Positions 17,916 through 26,963 of a DNA stretch of 64,000 bases are shown here, one piece after another. The notes below the pieces were generated by a model. That model ran no database searches and was not told where the DNA came from. It was given only the letters and a program-made list of their open reading frames with translations. The translations under genes were made by a program, and so were the position numbers. Position 1 is the first letter of the stretch. The number at the start of each line of letters is the position of its first letter. Source of the DNA: Polyangiaceae bacterium (GTDB lineage: Bacteria; Myxococcota_A; Polyangia; Polyangiales; Polyangiaceae); NCBI GenBank assembly GCA_965222375.1, contig CBDCTZ010000012.1, positions 32,001 to 96,000 of the forward strand, given 5' to 3'.

Positions 17916-19969
17916 CTCCGAACCCCCGGGTCCGAGTCGGCGCTAGCTTTTTCGAGGTCTAGGATCTTGGCGCCGCCCACGTAGCTTTTGGTTTCGTACT
18001 TGGTGATCTTGCCAACTTTGCGCACGATTTCCGCCATGCGCTCGGCTTCGCTGATGATGACGCCTGCGGCGTTGAACATCGGCGTCTCTTTCTCCAGGTT
18101 GCGACGCAGAAGCTCGGCGTAGCCGATGACACTCGTGAGGGGCTGATTCAGCTCATGGGCGGCGGCGCCTGCAAGCTCTGCCACGATGGACTGCTTCTCC
18201 CTGGCCCGGAGCTCGTCCTGGGCTCGAGATAGGCGTTCCTCCATGCGCAGCTTGTCCCGAATGTCGGTGAAGATTCCAACGGAGCCAACCGGGCGACCGT
18301 TTTCGAAAATGAGCGAGGCGCTGAGGGTGACGGGTATGCGATTGCCTGTCGCACTGACCATATCAACGCGGAAGTCCTCCAGGCGCCCTGGCCCGTTCGT
18401 GTTCGGGTCGCGGATCTTCTGCATCACTTCCCGGGCGATTCCTGGGGGATACAAGGACTCGACGTTCATCTTGCCTTCTACGGCGTCTTTGGGGTAGCCG
18501 AAGATGCGCCGCGCCGCGCGATTGAAGAGCAGCAGTCGACCCTCCAAGTCAGCGGACACGATCCCATCGACGGAGCTTTCGATCACGCGCTCGAGGAACT
18601 CCTTGGTCTGACGCAGCTCGATGTCCGTATGCCGCTCCTGAGTGACGTCTCTGAACGTCCACAGCATTGCTCCGTCTTCATGAAGCACCGGGCTCAGGTT
18701 GATGCTCAGCGTGATCCGGGATCCATCCTTGCGGGCAAAGGCGAGGTCCTCGGTTTGCCCCGGGGGCTTGCCAGCGAAATCCGAGCGCAGCTTCCTGGCC
18801 ATTGCCTCGTCCGTGCCGATCAACCGCGCCAGGTTCGATGACAGCAGCTCTTCGTCCGAGTAGCCAGTTATGGTTTTGGCCTGAAGGTTGGCGAAGATGA
18901 CTCTGCCCTGGGGGTCGAGAACGATCATGCCATCCGTCGCGCTCTCGAAGACATCCGCGTAGCGCTGAAATAGGCGGGCTCGCTGCTCAGCTTCCTCGCG
19001 GGCGTGGCTGCTCTCCTGAGTCGCATCCCGCAGAGATTGAAGGATGCGCGCGTTGCGCAGGGCAATGGCGGTCGCGTTGGCGACGGTTTGAACCAGGGCA
19101 ATTTCATGCTCCGGGAACGCCACGCGATCCCGAGCGCGCAGGAAGATCACCCCGGCCGGGCGATGATCGTGCGAAATCGGCACCAGAGCTAGGGACTTGA
19201 ACTCCAGTGAGCCATCTCCCTCGCGGACGACTTTAAGCAAGGGGTGCCGGCTGGCGTCACGAATCACCAGTGTTCTGGCGGTCGAGAGCACTTGGCGGAT
19301 CTCCGGATACTTCTCCAGGGAGATGGCTAGGTTCTTCAGCTCGGCGTCGTCGCTCGTTGCCACGACGTGGCCAACGTCACTGTTCTGACGCACGAGCACG
19401 ATGCTGCAACGGTCCACACGCGCGACCTCGGCGACCCGCTGCACGACGGTGTACAAGATGCCCCGGATGTTGAGAGTGCTCGCCAGAGCCTGCGTGAGTT
19501 CGAGCACGGTTTGCGAAACTTGCTCGCGGCGACTCAAACGCTCGACGTAGTCGCGGATGCGCAACTGCCCACGGATGCGCGCCACCAGCTCCGCCGGGCG
19601 GAAGGGCTTGTGCACGTAGTCGTCCGCGCCAGATGCGAACACGCGACCGATCTCCTCGTCGGAATCCAGTGCGGTCAACACGACGACCGGGACGTCCGCC
19701 AATTGAGGACGGGCTCGAATGTGACGCAAGACCGCGTAGCCATCCGGATCCGGCATGATCAAATCAAGCAGCACCAGAGTCGGCCGCGTGCGCTCTAGAA
19801 ACGCCATCGCCTCGACGCCGCTCGATGCTTCGGCGACCTCCATGCCCGCCTCAATGAGCGTCTCGGTCAGGACATGACGGCTGACGGCATCGTCATCAAC
19901 TACGAGGATGGGACTTTGCGGAGGCACGGAAGCGACAAAAATGTACTCTTTCCAGGGGGATGCACGCAA
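17912..19969 (-). CDS. REC-GAF-PAS-PAS-HisKA protein lacking the HATPase domain
   Basis: ILVVDDD..LLDLIMP..KPF receiver; GAF; two PAS; AAAHELNQPL followed by stop about 80 aa later; start may be slightly downstream. Confidence 0.88.
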   Translation of the reverse strand: MRASPWKEYIFVASVPPQSPILVVDDDAVSRHVLTETLIEAGMEVAEASSGVEAMAFLERTRPTLVLLDLIMPDPDGYAVLRHIRARPQLADVPVVVLTALDSDEEIGRVFASGADDYVHKPFRPAELVARIRGQLRIRDYVERLSRREQVSQTVLELTQALASTLNIRGILYTVVQRVAEVARVDRCSIVLVRQNSDVGHVVATSDDAELKNLAISLEKYPEIRQVLSTARTLVIRDASRHPLLKVVREGDGSLEFKSLALVPISHDHRPAGVIFLRARDRVAFPEHEIALVQTVANATAIALRNARILQSLRDATQESSHAREEAEQRARLFQRYADVFESATDGMIVLDPQGRVIFANLQAKTITGYSDEELLSSNLARLIGTDEAMARKLRSDFAGKPPGQTEDLAFARKDGSRITLSINLSPVLHEDGAMLWTFRDVTQERHTDIELRQTKEFLERVIESSVDGIVSADLEGRLLLFNRAARRIFGYPKDAVEGKMNVESLYPPGIAREVMQKIRDPNTNGPGRLEDFRVDMVSATGNRIPVTLSASLIFENGRPVGSVGIFTDIRDKLRMEERLSRAQDELRAREKQSIVAELAGAAAHELNQPLTSVIGYAELLRRNLEKETPMFNAAGVIISEAERMAEIVRKVGKITKYETKSYVGGAKILDLEKASADSDPGVRR

Positions 19970-19983
19970 CGAAGGGGCACGTC

Positions 19984-21363
19984 TCAGCCCGATTTGTCTT
20001 CGCCCGCCCCCGGCCGCGACCCATCGACGAGCGTCTCTTCCCCGCCCGGAGGCGCCGGGGTCGCCCCGGGCAGGGCGGCTGCGCCTTCGGCATTGGCGGC
20101 GGCAATTACGGGTGCGCCAGGGATGCGACGGTTCTCGGTTGTCACCGGTTCGGGTTTTGGAACGATCCCACGTTTGACCACGGGGAACCCAACGGCAAAC
20201 ACGATGATCGTTGTCAGCACGCAGGCGAAAACGACCACGGGTAGGGTCTCTGTCCCCACGATGCCGCTGGCCATAGGCAGGGTGGCGAGCACGCCTGCGG
20301 CCATTCCGCGGGGCATTGCCACGGTGACCAGGTTCTTTTCATCGCCGGAGAGATCACTTGCGACCGTGGCCAAGCGCGTCGCGGGGATGCGGCTGCCAAA
20401 GAGTAGGCCACCGAGAATCGCGCCCAGGAGTAGCAAGGGCCACGGACCCGTCATCATCGCGCCAATGAACACGAAGAAGAAGGACTTGATGATGAACGCG
20501 ACCTGGCGATGAAACCCCCGAACGGACGTGTCCAATTCGACAGGCTTGGCGAGGCCGATCTTTCGAGAAAGGTCCGGAGCGTTGCCCAGAATCACTGCAA
20601 CTGTGAGAATCCCGAGCGCTGCACTTCCGCCCAAGCGTTCAATCACGACGTAGAGGATCAGTAGCGCCGACAGTGTTACAGGGTAGGCGTGCTCGTGCTC
20701 GTGCAGGAACTTGAGAAACAAGAGCCACACAACACCAGCCACGATTCCAATGGCAAGCCCGATCCCAAAGGAGCGCACCAGGGCGATGGCCGGTCCGCCC
20801 GCTCCGGTCGAGCCTTGCACCATCACGTCGATGATGGCGACGGTGGTGACGACGCAGAACGCGTCCGTCAGCGCTGATTCCAAGTTGACGAGATTCGCGA
20901 CTTTGCCTTCGACCTTGGCTTGCTGCATGGCGGGCATCACGATGATGGAGCTGGAGCCGCCGAGAATTGCGCCAAGCAACAGCCCGTGCGTCCAGGACCA
21001 CCCTTCGGGTAGCCACCCGACCCACGCAGCCAACATGCTCGCCACGGTCATCACGCCAACCGAGAGAAGGAAGTTCAGCACCGCCAGCACGCCGGATCGA
21101 GGCGCCGCCCGGGACAGCTCTCGCAAGCGGAGTGCGGATCCTCCCTCGAAGAGCACGATCACCAGAGTCAGCGCGGCGAAGTAGGGGGCGATGCTCTCCA
21201 ATGCCGATTTCTTGATCACCCCGGAGATTGGCCCCAGGAGCACCCCGGCGCTGATGAGCCAGACGACGTCCGGAATATTGGTGCGCTGGAAGATGATCTC
21301 GCCGATGGCACCGATCAGAAAAATCCCGGCAATGCTCAGCAAAAACAGCGCGACCAAGCTCAT
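19984..21363 (-). CDS. Cation:proton antiporter (CPA1/NhaP-like)
   Basis: Many TM helices; VLFEGG, LESALTD, PRGMAAGVLA. Confidence 0.9.
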   Translation of the reverse strand: MSLVALFLLSIAGIFLIGAIGEIIFQRTNIPDVVWLISAGVLLGPISGVIKKSALESIAPYFAALTLVIVLFEGGSALRLRELSRAAPRSGVLAVLNFLLSVGVMTVASMLAAWVGWLPEGWSWTHGLLLGAILGGSSSIIVMPAMQQAKVEGKVANLVNLESALTDAFCVVTTVAIIDVMVQGSTGAGGPAIALVRSFGIGLAIGIVAGVVWLLFLKFLHEHEHAYPVTLSALLILYVVIERLGGSAALGILTVAVILGNAPDLSRKIGLAKPVELDTSVRGFHRQVAFIIKSFFFVFIGAMMTGPWPLLLLGAILGGLLFGSRIPATRLATVASDLSGDEKNLVTVAMPRGMAAGVLATLPMASGIVGTETLPVVVFACVLTTIIVFAVGFPVVKRGIVPKPEPVTTENRRIPGAPVIAAANAEGAAALPGATPAPPGGEETLVDGSRPGAGEDKSG

Positions 21364-21432
21364 GGACGGCCGCGACTCTAGCACGCCCGAGGTAGCTAGA
21401 CCGAGCCCGCCCCATGGATATAGTCTCGGGCA

Positions 21433-21840
21433 TTGTCGTCTGACTCGCGACAGCCGGGACCGCCGGCCCCGCCCCCCGTCGAAGAGCTGGAAGAGCTCGA
21501 TGACGACGCCATCCTGGCGCAGCAATCTGCGGCCCATGCGCCTCCGGCCCGCGCACAGGTGGTCGTCGAAGACAACAGCGTAGTCGTCGCGGACTTGCCG
21601 CCGGAGGTTGACGAGTCGGAGGTCATGGCGACCCGGCAGCTCAACGCGATTCCCGGCAGCCGGGATCCCACGGTCGTCATTCGGCGGGCGTCCGCGAAGC
21701 CGGCGAAACCCAATTATCTGATCTGGGTGATATGGATCTTCGCAGGGCTGCTCGCGTTTGCTTTCGGCGGGTTGCTCGCCCTCATCTCCGCACGCGGGGG
21801 AGAGCCGCCCGCCGAGGCACCAAGCACTGCGCCGCGTTGA
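21433..21840 (+). CDS. Hypothetical protein with acidic N-terminus and C-terminal TM anchor
   Basis: EELEELDDDAIL, DPTVVIR, hydrophobic LIWVIWIFAGLLAFAFGGLLAL. Confidence 0.75.
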   Translation: MSSDSRQPGPPAPPPVEELEELDDDAILAQQSAAHAPPARAQVVVEDNSVVVADLPPEVDESEVMATRQLNAIPGSRDPTVVIRRASAKPAKPNYLIWVIWIFAGLLAFAFGGLLALISARGGEPPAEAPSTAPR

Positions 21841-21855
21841 GTAGGCAGAGTCGGC

Positions 21856-23247
21856 TCAATAGCGTCGGCCCTCGGGTGCGTTTCTCAGTTTGGGTTTGTC
21901 CCCGCGCACCTCCGCGATCACGATGTCCTTCTCCAGCTTTCGGTGCAGCGCGGTCATGCGCTCGAGATTCACTTTGTCCATTGCTGCCAGGTTCTTGCGT
22001 TCGCGTGGGTCTTCGACCACGTTGAAGAGTAGGAAGCGCTTGTCGTCTCCGGCGATGATCAGCTTGTGTTCGCCATCGATCAGGGCCCGCCGGCGGTCCT
22101 GAAGGTTGTCACGGGGCAGATCCACCACGACCGTGCGGGGCGCGGCCTCGGCGCCGAGTAGTTCGGGCACCAAGCTCTTGCCCCGTACGTCCGAAGGCGC
22201 TTCCTGCCCCATCAGATCCAGGATCGTGCGGCAGAGGTCGATGTGTCCGCGTGGTGTGAGGATGCGTCGCGGCTTGATGCCGGGAAACCAGATGAAGAGA
22301 GGGACGCGGACCAACTCTTCCCACACTTCATAGCCATGCTTGAGGTGCCCGTGTTCTCCAAAGGACTCGCCGTGGTCTGCGCTGATGATGATGGCGGTCT
22401 GCTTGCCGAAGGGCTGTCGCCGGATCCAAGTTACGAGGCGCTCGAGGTGCTCGTCGGCGTAGTGCACCTCCTGGTCGTAGTAGTCCCGCGGTTGGGTGCC
22501 CCACACCGGGCGATCTTTGTGGTGCAGATAGGGGCTGTGCGGATCCATGTAGTGCACATAGGCGAAGAAGCGCTTGCTGCCCGTCTGGTCCACGATGTTT
22601 GGTCGACGTAGGAAGCGCTTGGTCGCGTCGGTGATCCTCTCTGAGGTAATGTTCTCGTTGCTGAGATTGTTCAACACCGTCTTGGGCAGGGTGTAGGCCT
22701 TGCTGAAGCCCTGGGTGACACCCGTCGCTGGGAAGAAGTAGGCGTGGGAGAAGACTCCGAGGCTGTACATGTCCTGGGCGGCCAGTATTTCCGTCAAAGA
22801 CAGGTTCTGGGGATACCAATAGGTGAAGAAGTAGCCGCCGCGTTGCATCTCGCTGGGATACTTGCCTGCGAGCATGGGCAGCACGCTCTTGGACGTGGAA
22901 CTCGAGATTGCGTAGGCGCGTGGGTAGCTCACCACCTCTTTCTCGAAGCGGGTCAAGAATGGAGCGATGGGGCGCTTGTAGCCGTTCCACGGCATGTCCC
23001 AGCGCAGGCTGTCCACGAGGATCAGCACCACGTTCATGGGTGCCAAAGTCGGCGCCTTGGGCCGTCCCGAATCGGGCTTGGGTTTCGTCCCGGCGGGCGC
23101 GCCGCTGTCGGGGGGCCTTGGTTTGGCCGAGGACTTGGCGGCGGCGGTGCTGGGCCGGGAGCTGGTTGCCTGCCCTTTCTCCCGCTTGCAGGCTGTGAGT
23201 TCAAAACTCAGTGCGAGGAGGAGAGCCGCCGCGCTCGCCGCTTTCAC
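21856..23247 (-). CDS. Sulfatase-like / alkaline phosphatase superfamily lipoprotein
   Basis: Lipobox LTAC, NVVLILVDSLRWD, HYMDPH, SADHGE, HG; Thr (STSKS) in place of the CxPxR motif. Confidence 0.88.
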   Translation of the reverse strand: MKAASAAALLLALSFELTACKREKGQATSSRPSTAAAKSSAKPRPPDSGAPAGTKPKPDSGRPKAPTLAPMNVVLILVDSLRWDMPWNGYKRPIAPFLTRFEKEVVSYPRAYAISSSTSKSVLPMLAGKYPSEMQRGGYFFTYWYPQNLSLTEILAAQDMYSLGVFSHAYFFPATGVTQGFSKAYTLPKTVLNNLSNENITSERITDATKRFLRRPNIVDQTGSKRFFAYVHYMDPHSPYLHHKDRPVWGTQPRDYYDQEVHYADEHLERLVTWIRRQPFGKQTAIIISADHGESFGEHGHLKHGYEVWEELVRVPLFIWFPGIKPRRILTPRGHIDLCRTILDLMGQEAPSDVRGKSLVPELLGAEAAPRTVVVDLPRDNLQDRRRALIDGEHKLIIAGDDKRFLLFNVVEDPRERKNLAAMDKVNLERMTALHRKLEKDIVIAEVRGDKPKLRNAPEGRRY

Positions 23248-24617
23248 CAGCGCCGACCCGGAGGTGCGCCCTTGAGAGGAGGTCCGCCCGTCACCTCCGT
23301 GTTGGGGATCTTGGCGGATTCCTCCCCGTAGATCTTCTTCATGGCCTCGAGCTTCTCCGGCCGTTCCTTCGAAAGATCCGTCTCTTCCCAGGGGTCCTTG
23401 GATAGGTCGAACAACATGAAACTCTTGTCGTCGCCGAAGGCGACAATCTTCCAGTCATCCGCAATCACTCCACGCCGTCGGTCCATCAGATCCGATCGCG
23501 GAAGATCAACGACGATTCGCTTCGGTTTCGGATCTTTCGTTCCGAATACTTCCGGGAGCAGGCTCTCGCCTCGGAAGCCGGGCTTGGCTGGGAGTCCCAT
23601 CAGGTCAGCCATGGTTGGCGCAAGATCGATGTGTCCACGCCGCACATTGGTGATCATGCGCGGCTTCACCTTGGGAATGCAGAATATCAGCGGGACCTTC
23701 ACCAGGCTTTCCCACAGCTCGTAGGCGTGTCGCCGATGGCCGCGCTCGCCGAAGCCTTCCCCATGGTCCGCTGTGATGATCAGCGCGGTGCTGTCCCAGA
23801 AGGGTTGCTTTTCGGCGAACTCGAGCAGCTCCTGCAGCCGAGTGTCCGTGTAATGGATCTCCGTGTCATACAGATCTCGAGCCTTCTTCCCGAAGTCCGG
23901 ATGCCCCTTGTGCCTGACATACGTGTGGTGGGGGTCCATGTAGTGGAAGTAGGCGAAGAAGCGCTTGTCTTTGCCCAAGCCGGGCGTGCTGAGCATTTCC
24001 TTGGCCAGGGTGGTGAGCTTCTCGCCGGTGACCGAGGTGACGGCCTTGAGATCGACGCCGCCTTTGATCAGTCGATAGTCATCGAAGCCCTGGTTGTTGC
24101 CCAAGGCAGGCAGGAAGTAGCCATGGGCTTGCCCGGATAGCGTGCGCAGCCCTTTGGCCTGTGCGCGCTCACTAATGAACAGGTTCTCCTTGTCGGGGTA
24201 GCGCGTGAAGAAATATCCATCCCGCGTCATGGCGCTGGGGTATTCACCTACCAGTGCGGGCACCACGCTCTTGGCGGTGTAGCTCGACAGGGAATAGCCC
24301 TGGGTATAGGCCACGCAGCTGCTCTTGATGCGTGCCGTGAGCTTGGGCGCAATGTCACGCTCGTAGCCAGCCCAGGGCATATCTGCCCGCATGCTATCGA
24401 TCATGATCAGCAGAACGTTGTAGGGCCGGGCAGGTTCCGGTGCCTTGGGCTTGGGTGGCTGCGCACTTGCGAGAGCGCTCGGCTTGGTTGCGGGTGACGA
24501 CATAGCAGTCTGGGTTCCACCGCCGGATGGCGCGGGAGACTTGTCGCAACCCGCGGTCAATCCGAGGGCGGAGGCGAGAGTCAAGGCAGTAGGCACAGAT
24601 GAGAGACGGCGAGTCAT
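23244..24617 (-). CDS. Sulfatase-like / alkaline phosphatase superfamily lipoprotein (paralogue)
   Basis: Lipobox TAGC, NVLLIMIDSMRAD, SYTAKS, HYMDPH, TADHGE. Confidence 0.88.
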   Translation of the reverse strand: MTRRLSSVPTALTLASALGLTAGCDKSPAPSGGGTQTAMSSPATKPSALASAQPPKPKAPEPARPYNVLLIMIDSMRADMPWAGYERDIAPKLTARIKSSCVAYTQGYSLSSYTAKSVVPALVGEYPSAMTRDGYFFTRYPDKENLFISERAQAKGLRTLSGQAHGYFLPALGNNQGFDDYRLIKGGVDLKAVTSVTGEKLTTLAKEMLSTPGLGKDKRFFAYFHYMDPHHTYVRHKGHPDFGKKARDLYDTEIHYTDTRLQELLEFAEKQPFWDSTALIITADHGEGFGERGHRRHAYELWESLVKVPLIFCIPKVKPRMITNVRRGHIDLAPTMADLMGLPAKPGFRGESLLPEVFGTKDPKPKRIVVDLPRSDLMDRRRGVIADDWKIVAFGDDKSFMLFDLSKDPWEETDLSKERPEKLEAMKKIYGEESAKIPNTEVTGGPPLKGAPPGRRW

Positions 24618-24621
24618 GACT

Positions 24622-25389
24622 TCATTCGGGTTTGCGATTGCCCGTTGGCACGGGGGTTTCGCCCCCGAGGACTTTCCATGCGGCGCTGGCCCAACGGTAA
24701 CCGCCAGTCCAATTCGGGTGGCGTCCATCTGCCATGCGGGGGAGCTTCAAGCGCGTGGAGTCCAAGAAGCGACAATGCCCCAAGTTGTTCTTGAGCACAT
24801 CGATGAAACCCAGATCCTTCTTCCAGGCAGGGGGGCCGAGCCACAAACAAGGTCGCCCGCGAGTGTCCTTTACAATCTGGCGAATGGACCGGGCGCGACG
24901 CCTGGGCGTTGGGTCGAATAGCTCGTTGGAGCCGAGGCTGATCACCACGACCTGAGGGTTGAACTTGTACATGGCCTTCTGCAGCAGCCGCTTTTCGCCC
25001 CCCCAATCCAAGGTGCTGGTCGAAGTGACGCTGACGATGGAATAGGTGTCTCCCCGTGCTTGAAAGATCGGGCGCAAATAGTTGCCGACTAGCGGCACCA
25101 TGGAATCACCGACATGAAGCACCCGCGCGGCCTTGGCGGCCACGACATTGCCCCCGTCTTGGGTGACCGTCAGGGGTCCGGCCGCGGCACTGGCTGACGC
25201 GCTTGGTGCTGGGCTCGGCTTCGCAGGGGCTGCCGACGGGGCGGTCGCGAGCTTTGGTCTGGCCTCAGTAGCCGCCGGTGAGAGCGGCTCTGTCGGGCGG
25301 GATGCGGGTGTAGCTTGGCTCTCTTCACAGGCTCCGAGTAGAGCTGTTGCGCCCATCAAGAGCAGCGCTATGTAGTTCGAGCTCGCCAC
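24622..25389 (-). CDS. SGNH/GDSL hydrolase-family lipoprotein (DUF459-like)
   Basis: Lipobox LGAC, GDSM, LGSNE, DGRHP. Confidence 0.85.
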   Translation of the reverse strand: MASSNYIALLLMGATALLGACEESQATPASRPTEPLSPAATEARPKLATAPSAAPAKPSPAPSASASAAAGPLTVTQDGGNVVAAKAARVLHVGDSMVPLVGNYLRPIFQARGDTYSIVSVTSTSTLDWGGEKRLLQKAMYKFNPQVVVISLGSNELFDPTPRRRARSIRQIVKDTRGRPCLWLGPPAWKKDLGFIDVLKNNLGHCRFLDSTRLKLPRMADGRHPNWTGGYRWASAAWKVLGGETPVPTGNRKPE

Positions 25390-25504
25390 GAGCCGGAATC
25401 ATCTCTGACTTGTCGCCACAATCAAGAAAAACACGCAATTTTGCGGGGACGAGTCGAGGCCCAGCCGGTCGCGTCGCGGACGGCGTGCTGCTAGAAAGCG
25501 CTGA

Positions 25505-26878
25505 GTGAGCCTTCGTGCGCTGCCCAAGGTCGACAAGGTGGCCGGTGACCCGCGCCTCGCCGAAATGCGGGCTTCGCTCGGCCCCCGGGTCGTGACTGTG
25601 GTGGCACGTGCGGTCATCGCCGAGGCCAGGGAGCGAGTTCAGGCCGGACAGGCTGCCCCGAGCGCCGATGCGATCGTCAGCGAGACCGAGACACGGGCCC
25701 GAAGCCGCCTCGCCTACGAGGTATCGCCGGTCATCAACGCGACAGGAGTCTTGCTGCACACCAACCTCGGCCGCGCGCCGCTTGGTCGTGAGAGCCTGGA
25801 GCGCGTCGTTGCCGTTGCGGGACAGTATTCGACGCTCGAGATCGACCCGGAGCTCGGTGTACGGACCCGTCGCGCCCTCGGGGTGGAGGCTCGACTCGCC
25901 GCGCTAGTTGGCGCCGAGGACGCGCTCATCGCCAACAACAATGCCGCGGCGGTCCTACTCGCCCTGAGCGGCTTGGCCGCGGGGCGCGAGGTCGTCGTCT
26001 CTCGGGGAGAACTCGTCGAGATCGGCGGAGGCTTTCGGATCCCCGAAGTTCTCGCACGCTCGGGAGCTCGCCTCGTGGAAGTGGGCACAACGAACCGCAC
26101 CCGCGTGGCAGATTATGAAAAGGCTTTGTCTGATAGCACCGCCGCGCTGTTGCGCGTCCACCCGAGCAACTTCTCCATCACTGGCTTTGCCGAACGGCCG
26201 GCGCTGTCGGAACTGTGTCAACTGGCTCGCCAGCGCGATGTCCCCCTGATCAAAGATCTCGGGGGCGGGCTCGTAGTGAACCTACCGCCCGAGATATCCG
26301 CTGCGGACCGCCAGCGCGAGCCCACCGTGCAAGCCTGCGTGAAGAGCGGCGCGGATCTCACCTGCTTCAGCCTGGACAAATTGTTCGGTGGGCCTCAGGG
26401 CGGCGTGATCGTCGGCAGTCGCGTTTTGGTTCAGCGTTTGCGCGAAGACCCGCTGGCGAGGGCCTTGCGCGTGGACAAAGTCACGATTGCGGCATTGGAG
26501 CCGGTGGTGCGCGCCTATGAACGGGGGGACCTGGGCGGCGTGGTCGTGCAGCGCATGTTGCGCGCGAGCGTGGACGAGCTGAAAAGCCGAGTCGACGCCT
26601 GGTGTGAGCAAATCTCGGAGCTGCATCCGGCCGCAGCGGTAGTTGCTTCTACGGCCGCAATCGGGGGCGGAACTCTTGCGGATGCGACGGTGCCGTCGGT
26701 GGCGCTGTCGCTTCGGCCCGCCCATCCAGATGGTCTGGCTCGGCAGCTCAGGTTGTGTGACACGCCTGTTTTCCCACGAATCGACGCGGATTGCTTGCTG
26801 CTCGACGCGCGCACGGTGCTGCCAGAGCAAGACGCGGATGTGATCGACGCCCTGCGCCATTGCCTCACTCAGGCTTGA
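25505..26878 (+). CDS. selA: L-seryl-tRNA(Sec) selenium transferase
   Basis: VINATGVLLHTNLGRAPL, SRGELVEIGGGFRIPEV, EVGTTNRT, FSLDKLFGGPQ (PLP Lys), RALRVDK. Confidence 0.97.
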   Translation: MSLRALPKVDKVAGDPRLAEMRASLGPRVVTVVARAVIAEARERVQAGQAAPSADAIVSETETRARSRLAYEVSPVINATGVLLHTNLGRAPLGRESLERVVAVAGQYSTLEIDPELGVRTRRALGVEARLAALVGAEDALIANNNAAAVLLALSGLAAGREVVVSRGELVEIGGGFRIPEVLARSGARLVEVGTTNRTRVADYEKALSDSTAALLRVHPSNFSITGFAERPALSELCQLARQRDVPLIKDLGGGLVVNLPPEISAADRQREPTVQACVKSGADLTCFSLDKLFGGPQGGVIVGSRVLVQRLREDPLARALRVDKVTIAALEPVVRAYERGDLGGVVVQRMLRASVDELKSRVDAWCEQISELHPAAAVVASTAAIGGGTLADATVPSVALSLRPAHPDGLARQLRLCDTPVFPRIDADCLLLDARTVLPEQDADVIDALRHCLTQA

Positions 26879-26963
26879 CCCGAGCGGCTCGGCGCGGCAC
26901 CGGCCTACATTGTGCCACACGCGAGTGACTCGCCGCGGCTACAGCGTCAGTGTACACTGAGGC

